From: Octopus vulgaris
Taxonomy: Eukaryota
Direction: 5' to 3'
Length of the DNA stretch: 64,000 nt
NCBI GenBank assembly: GCA_951406725.2
Contig: OX597831.1
Location: forward strand, 47,368,001-47,432,000
A program made the translations under genes and the position numbers. Below the pieces are notes generated by a model. The model searched no databases. It saw only the letters and a list, made by a program, of their open reading frames with translations, and had not been told where the DNA came from. Shown here in pieces: positions 56,736 to 64,000 of this stretch; position 1 is the first letter of the stretch, and every line of letters begins with the position of its first letter.

Positions 56736-57482
56736 TCCTAATTATTCCAGCTACAGAAACAATGAACAAACGGGGTGATTGCCCCCCCCCCCCCCCCATT
56801 GCAAATATAAGGACACAGAAAATGTGTCAAAGCCGACAGGAGACGTCGATGTTTCCTAGGGCTAAATGGCGGTGGTGTAATTCCCTCACGGGACTGTCAC
56901 ATTGAGTTGACAGTATACGACCACTATATCGCTTCACCACCGCTTATGTCTCTCTGAGACATTTAGAAATTCAAAAACCAAGCCATAATGTCAAACCAAA
57001 TTCTGCTGTCTCACAAACTGCAATTTCATCTTGCCAGATGTCAGTCTTGACCATTTTATAACATAAGCTATTATTATAAGATTCATGAACTGGCAGATTC
57101 ATTTGTATGTTGACAAAATGCTTAGCAGCTTTTCTTCTGGCTTTACATTCTGAGTTCAAAATTCTGCTGAGGTCGACTTTGCCTTTTATCCTTCTGGGGT
57201 TAAAAAAATAGGCACCAGTTGAGTACCGGGATCGATGTAATTGACTAGATCCCTCCTACTAAAATTTCAGGGCTTGTGTCTGTTGAAGAAAAGATTATTA
57301 TTATTATTATTAAGGCAAGCTGGCGGACCGAATGCTTAGTGGCATTCCTTCTGGCTTTATGTTCTGAGTTCAATTTCTGCTGAGTTTGACTTTACCTTTC
57401 ACCCTTTCAGGGTTGGTAAAATAAGTATCATTTAAGCTCAAGGACCAAATTTCAAGTCTTGTGCCTATAGTAGAAAGAATTG

Positions 57483-57515
<33 letters not shown>

Positions 57516-57672
57516 GGCTTCTTTCAGTTTCCATCTACCGAATCCTCTCACAAGGCTTTGGTTGGCCTGTGGCTATAGTAGAAGACACTTATCCAAGGTG
57601 CCACACTGTGGGACTGAACCCAGAACCATGTGGTTGGGAAACAAACTTCTTATCACACAGCCACTCCTTTCG

Positions 57673-57750
<78 letters not shown>

Positions 57751-57753
<3 letters not shown>

Positions 57754-57827
57754 GTTATTTTAGGGAATATTATTCCTAACTTAGAGGGAAAAATTCAATT
57801 TAGAAATACCAAATCAAATTTCACAAA

Positions 57828-57874
<47 letters not shown>

Positions 57875-58960
57875 TAGAAACAAACACCTTTTATTAATTC
57901 AAAATGAACAATTAAATTACACCATCTAGAAAATTACATATAATAGAAATATTAGAATTAAAATAACAGTAATATACCGATGATTAAGTAAATTGCAAAA
58001 AAAATAATAAAAACGTATATATTTGGTAGAATAACGACACATGTTTTGTGGCTATATTTAAAAAATGATTATAGTAAAAAAATTAATAGTAGTAGTAAAA
58101 TCACTTCGATATAAATATAGCCACTCATCAGGTTAAAAATAAACTAGAATAATAAAATAATTAATTAATAAATATACTTTAATATATATATATATAAGAT
58201 ACTAAATATACATTAAGTGAAAACTAAAACCAATACTTAAATTATTCAATACTTTATAATTAATTAATATACACATTGCTAGTACAAGCCATTAATATTG
58301 TAATTAAAATAAGAAATGGTTCAAATGTAGACAAACTCATTAAATAAGCTAACTATATATTTAATATATATGTGTGTAGTATCTATAGATTTAATATATC
58401 ACTCTATAATATAGTTGACTAAATATCAATTAATATAATACTTAATTATCTTAAATTTAATACTACTTAATAAATATACCACCTAATAATTAAATAATAT
58501 ATTCATCATCATCATCGCTTAATGTTCCTTTTTCCATGCTAGCATGGGTTGGACGGTTCAACTGGGGTCTGGGAAGCCAGAAGGCTGCGCCAGGCCCAGT
58601 CTGATCTGGCAGTGTTTCTACAGCTGGATGCCCTTCCTAACGCCAACCACTCCATGAGTGTAGTGGAGTGCTTTTTACGTGCCACCTGCACAGGTGCTAG
58701 ACGAGGCTGGCAACGGCCACAATCGGATGGTGCTTTTTTACGTGCCACCGGCACGGAGGCCAGTCGGGGCAGCGCTGGCAACGGCCACATATTGTCTAAC
58801 AAAATTCATTCTCAAATTAAATTAAATGTAATATGTTAGATCCCTTTATTAAATTATTATTTTAATTTTAATATTTCTATTGTATGTAATTTTCTAGGTG
58901 GTATAATTTAATTGTTCATTTTGAATTGATAAAAAGTGTTTTTTTTTTTCTAATTATATA
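57751..58960 (-). mobile_element. AT-rich Penelope-like element with hammerhead and inverted terminal copy, interrupted by a SINE
   Basis: About 57870-57968 is repeated inverted at about 58853-58960; hammerhead at 58032-58135; (TA)n flanks. Confidence 0.6.
58032..58135 (-). ncRNA. Degenerate type I hammerhead motif with long helix II
   Basis: Minus strand reads UAAC CUGAUGA GUGGCUAUAUUUA...UAAAUAUAGCCAC AAAAC AUGU GUC GUUA. G12A is compatible with CpG decay. Confidence 0.65.
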
Positions 58961-58999
58961 TATATATATATATATACACACACAAACACACGCATATAT

Positions 59000-59051
<52 letters not shown>

Positions 59052-59460
59052 TCTACTACAAGCACAAAGCCTGAAATTATGGGTAAGGGCAAGTCAATTT
59101 AAACAGCCCCACTATTTATTTTCTCAACCCTGAAAGGACAAAACCAAGTCAACTTCAGTGGCATTTGAACTCAGAACATATAATTGGAAGAAATACTGCC
59201 AAGCAGTTTGTCTGGTGTGTGAATTTTTTGCTGCACCACTAAATGGATCTCTGTGTTTCTAAGGTGTGCATAGCAGTCTTTTAGCGACGCAGAATTGTGT
59301 TTTTTATATTTGTCTACTAAATCAAGTTTGGTGTTGTTATTTCTGCTGTTATTTTTGTCTATTGCTCAGAACGGGTTATTTCACCAGGTTCTAGTCTGTG
59401 TTTTTGAGTGATTGATAGTTCAGTGTTTTAGTGTCAGTCCACAATAGTGCAGTAAGAGTA

Positions 59461-59693
59461 CAGTGATCCCTGGACTATCATGGGTGTTACGTTCCAAAAC
59501 CTTCCACAGAAATAACGAAAATCTAAAAAAATCTAAATACCCATCAGCGACAGAAACCCAGATGTACTGAAGAGTCCACGATATAGATTTACATATTAGC
59601 CAGAAAAATCCGCGATGTTCTGAGTGTGCAATAGGTGAACCGTTATGTACTGAGTGCACAATTGGTGAACCATGATATGGAGAGGGATTATTG
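59461..59693 (+). mobile_element. pogo/Tigger-type MITE
   Basis: TA|CAGTGATCCC...GGGATTATTG|TA. A second, interrupted copy lies at about 29879-30400. Confidence 0.75.
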
Positions 59694-59697
59694 TATA

Positions 59698-60049
59698 CTA
59701 GCAGTATCGCCCGGCGTTGCTCAGGTTTGTAAGGGAAATAACTATAAAGCATTTTTAGAGAGTTATAGCCAAAAAAATGATGGTAAATTTTTTTTGAGAG
59801 TTAAAAAAGGTCGAGTTGCGTCCCCTAGACAGTCTGTGGTTTGTGTTTCTGATTCTCGACCCCATGTCGAATTTATCGATTTTTTTTTCAGAACTGGGGG
59901 AACTTTTCAAAATTTTCGCTGCGTTAGTTTTGAATTATGACATTGGGCTATGTGTGTGTCGAGTTTCATCAGAATCGGTTGAAAGCCGTGGTCAGGGTGA
60001 GGGTACAACCAAACAGACACAGACAAACTGCCGTTTATATAGAGAGAGA
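59698..60049 (-). mobile_element. Non-autonomous Helitron
   Basis: Minus strand starts TCTCTCTCTATATAAA and ends GCAACGCCGGGCGATACTGCTAG, with a subterminal GC-rich imperfect hairpin. Sits between host A and T, no TSD. Confidence 0.85.
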
Positions 60050-60318
60050 TGCCGTATGGATTGTGTTTCTGTCAATGGGTGGCAACAGAGTAGTATGCAA
60101 GATGTTGATTTTATAGTGTCACATATCTGTATTTATTATGTAACAGTATGTGCTGTGTAGAGAGCACATACTGTTTGAGTTATGGGACTGAATTGAAAAT
60201 GCCTTGCATTGGATGTGGGCTGTGCCAAAGAAGGTTATGTTTTGAATTGTGCATAAAGTTGTGGTTTGTTTTATGCTTTTGTTGTTTATTGTTATGATTA
60301 TTGTTGTTATTGTTATAC

Positions 60319-60940
60319 AAATTCCACCGAGGTCAACTTTGCCTTTCACCCTTTCAGGGTCAATGAAATGAGTACCAGTTATACACTGGGGTCGATGTAT
60401 TTGACTTATCCCCCGCCGAAATTTCAGGCCTTGTGCCTATAGCTGACAGGATTATTATTATTATTATTATTATTAATATTATTACTATTATTATTATTAT
60501 TATTATTATTATTGCAGCGAGCTAGCAGAATTGTTAGCATGCCGGGTGAAATGCTTAGTGGTATTTTGTCTGTCGCTATGTTCTTAGTTCAAATCCCTTA
60601 GGGTTGATTAAATAAGTACCAGTTATGCACTGGGGTCAATGCAATCAACGTAATCCATTCCTCCAAATTTGAGGCCTTGCGCTTCCAGTAGAAAGGATTA
60701 TTATTATTATCATTATTATCATTATTAAGGTGGTGAGCTGGCAGAATCGTAGCATGCCGGATGAAATGCTTAGCAGTATTTCATCCGTCTTCGTATTCTG
60801 AGTTCAAATTATGCCAGGATCAACTTTGCCTTTCAACATTTTTGGGGTTGATAAAATAAGTTCCAATTGAGTACTGGGGGCCGATGTATTCGACTGTCCT
60901 CCTCACCAAAACTTCAGGCTTTGTGCCAATAGTAGAAAGG

Positions 60941-60941
<1 letters not shown>
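60319..60941 (+). mobile_element. SINE family B, three head-to-tail copies separated by (ATT)n
   Basis: Copies at about 60319-60452, 60515-60698 and 60729-60941. Confidence 0.88.
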
Positions 60942-60976
<35 letters not shown>

Positions 60977-61562
60977 ATACCAAGAACTCCATTTGTCATT
61001 GTTATTGTTGTCACTTTCATGCCATCATGCGCCACATCCTCCTGCTTATTTCAATTTCAAGATCCTTGTACTTTGATGGTTTCTTCACCTTCTTCAAAGG
61101 CAATGTTTTGGCCAGAAGAGGTCATATTATTGTTGTTGTTGTTGTTGTTGTTATTATTATTATTATTATCAATATTATTATTATTATTATTATTATTACA
61201 ATTATTATTATTATTATTATCATTATTACTATTATTATTATTATTATTACAATTATTATTATTATTATTATTATTGCTTATTCTTCACACACATACACAA
61301 ACACACACACACATAAACAAAACCTAAAATAGCTGCCTGTGATCTGCTGTAAAATTATTTTGTCTAATTTCAAGGAGACATTATATGAAAATACATAATA
61401 AAAAAAAACCCTAAAAGAACTAAAGAATTAATGATTTTAAACTCTGAAACTGAGTGTGTGTTTTTATTTGCTTTGCATGTTTTTCAATTGATGTTGTTTC
61501 AATAAGTGTCATCATCATCATCATCATTGTCATCATCGTCGTCGTCGTCATCATCATCATAC

Positions 61563-61766
61563 TCTCTTTTACTTGTTTCAGTCATTTGACTGCAACCATG
61601 CTGGAGTACCGCCTTTAGTCGAGCAAATCGACCCCGGGACTTATTCTTTGTAAGCCCAGTACTTATTTTTTCGGTCCCTCTTTTGCTGAACCGCTAAGTG
61701 ACGGGGACGTAAACACACCAGCATCGGTTGTCAAGCAATGCTAGGGGGACAAACACAGACACACAA

Positions 61767-61797
<31 letters not shown>

Positions 61798-61970
61798 CAT
61801 TTATATACGACAGGCTTCTTTCAGTTTCCGTCTACCAAATCCACTCACAAGGCATTGGTCGGCCCGGGGCTATAGCAGAAGACATTTGCCCAAGATGCCA
61901 CGCAGTGGGACTGTACCCGGAACCGTGTGGTTGGTTAGCAAGCTACTTACCACACAGCCACTCCTGCGCC
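61563..61970 (-). mobile_element. SINE family A copy inserted in (CAT)n
   Basis: Full-length match, TCATCATCAT on both sides. Confidence 0.9.
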
Positions 61971-63536
61971 TCATCATCATCATTTTTCAACTTCCAAGTT
62001 TCATGTTGGCATGGGTCAAACAGTTGACAAGATCTGATTGTTGCAAGGACTGCATCATATTCCAATGTCTGCTTCGGTATAGTTTCTATAGCTGGATGCC
62101 CTTCCTAATGCCAACCACTTTACAGTATGTACTAGGTGCTCTTTTTTGATGCCACCAGCACCACTAGTGAGGTATCCATGAAGCTTGCAAGATCAGAAAC
62201 CCTACGTGAGTTGGTGGTTTCCACCTTATGATAGGAGATGAGGAGGAGAGTGTAGATCAGAGAATTTACATGCTACTCACATTTAGAAGGGAGGGTTAGG
62301 GTTGGGGAGAAAGATCAATAGGAACTGCAAAATTAATATTTGTCTTATTGTTCCATTTAGTTTTATGAGAGAACTTATCCGGATCAAGCAGGCTTATCAT
62401 CAAAGGCATTCCAGCCATAACTTCTTAGGAGACCCAGGGCTATATTAGCCAGTGTATTCTTCTCTAAGACAGTGAGGTGTGATTTGAGGGAGATATGGTT
62501 CTTATTTCTCACAGGTTGTACGACCATGTTGGACCTCTCTACTGTTTTTCTCCAGATCAGCTTTAACTGAACAGATCTATGCTCAGATGTTTCAAATATA
62601 TGTTCATATATAATATAGTTCCATCATCATCATCATCATCATCATCGTTTAATGTCCACTTTCCATGCTGGCATGAGTTGGATGATTTGACTGAGGACTG
62701 GTGAGCCAGTTGGCTGCACCAGGCTCCAATCTGATCTGGCAGAGTTTCTACAGCTGGATGCCCTTCCTAACGCCAACCACTCAAAGAGTGTAGTGGGTGC
62801 TTTTACATGCCACCGGTACGAGGGCCAGTCAAGCGGTACTAGCAATGGCCACGCTCAAATGGTGTTTTTACGTGTCACCTGCACAGGAGCCAGTCCAGCA
62901 GCACTGGCAATGCCCTTGCTTGAATGTTGTTTTCCAGATATACAATAGTGTATCTGAAACTTCATTATCCTAGTTATTCACTTTATGTTAAAGATGGCAT
63001 AGTGTTGTTTAGAGGAAGACTTGGTTGCTATTTCTGCAGAATGTGAAACTGCATAGAGACCTCCTTATGGGCTCATAGAATGGATGATTTTTGCATATTG
63101 CTGGAGTGTTTTTGATATCTGTATACTTTCTCGTCCACAAAATATGATCTATGTAGACTGAAATAAGCATAGCTATGTGACTTGACTTTGGAACACAATA
63201 CAAATAACTATAGTAAAGCTTGATTCCGTATGGCCAATAGTCCAACACTTCCATTTCAGTGGACCCTGGACCCCTGTTATCAAAAACCAGCTATTGCTAT
63301 CACAACAAATAAATTAACAAAGCAAGTAGTTGTTTTGGTTACAAATGAGCATCATTGTGATACACGTGGCATTGTTCATTTCCAGTCATCAGTGAAAAAC
63401 ATAGCTAGCTATAGGAAAATATTACCTTCCTTGGAAACAGGTGAGTGTTGGTGACAGAAAGGGCACCCAGCCTTGGAAAATCTCCTTTAGTAAATTCTAT
63501 CTGATCCATGCAAGAATGTGAAAAAGAGTAAGTTAA

Positions 63537-63966
63537 CCCTTTTGATACCAACTCATCTCAGACTGCTCATGATTCTACCTTTCTGTTTTAACCCTTTCGT
63601 TACTGTATTTATTTTGAGATGCTCTGTGTTTCTTTCAATTACTTTAAATATAACAAAGAATTTAATAAAATAACTTGGTTATCATTCAATTAGTGTTAGG
63701 AACATAAATTGTGACTAAGGTTTGGTGGAAGATTTCAATTTAACACTTATGAAAACAAGACATTTGTACTACAGAGCCAGAGCCGGTTTCAGCCGGGTTG
63801 GTAACGAAAGGGTTAAAGGGGTCTAAATTGAGAACTTTCATTAAAATTTCGAGTTAATTTGTGTTCCGAAAACCAGTTTAATAATAATCATGTTATTTTA
63901 CTAAATTCTTCAAAATTTAAAAATTAATTGAAACAAAGGGCTGTAATAAATATGGTAACGAAAGGG
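63537..63966. mobile_element. Nested piggyBac-type MITEs (63592-63812 inside a related element)
   Basis: Both have CCCTTT..AAAGGG termini and TTAA duplications. Confidence 0.85.
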
Positions 63967-64000
63967 TTAAATAATGATGATGACTATATATTGGGTTGGC

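Overview
Eukaryotic, AT-rich, microsatellite- and SINE-dense genomic DNA. The repeat families point to an octopus or other coleoid cephalopod (inference, not searched). One spliced plus-strand gene can be rebuilt by hand: 11 GT-AG exons from 9117 to the TAG at 50587, all phase-consistent, giving about 646 codons. It encodes a TBC-domain Rab GTPase-activating protein with intact IxxDxxR and YxQ catalytic fingers and a ~240-aa Ser-rich insert. Its 5' start is uncertain. Nearly all other ORFs in the track are repeat artefacts. The rest of the window holds several modular tRNA-derived SINE families, piggyBac/hAT/mariner/pogo MITEs, a non-autonomous Helitron, and L1/Tx1, RTE and mariner relics. The most striking unexplained signal is a set of short, unrelated fold-back or direct-repeat elements carrying minimal Penelope-type hammerhead ribozyme motifs (53776, 58032, 42100, 49575, plus half-motifs at hairpin apices). 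One of these is a tRNA-headed SINE with a hammerhead tail. In another family, the apex of a 127-bp hairpin maps onto the predicted self-cleavage site of a sister copy. All assignments were made by eye; repeat boundaries are approximate.
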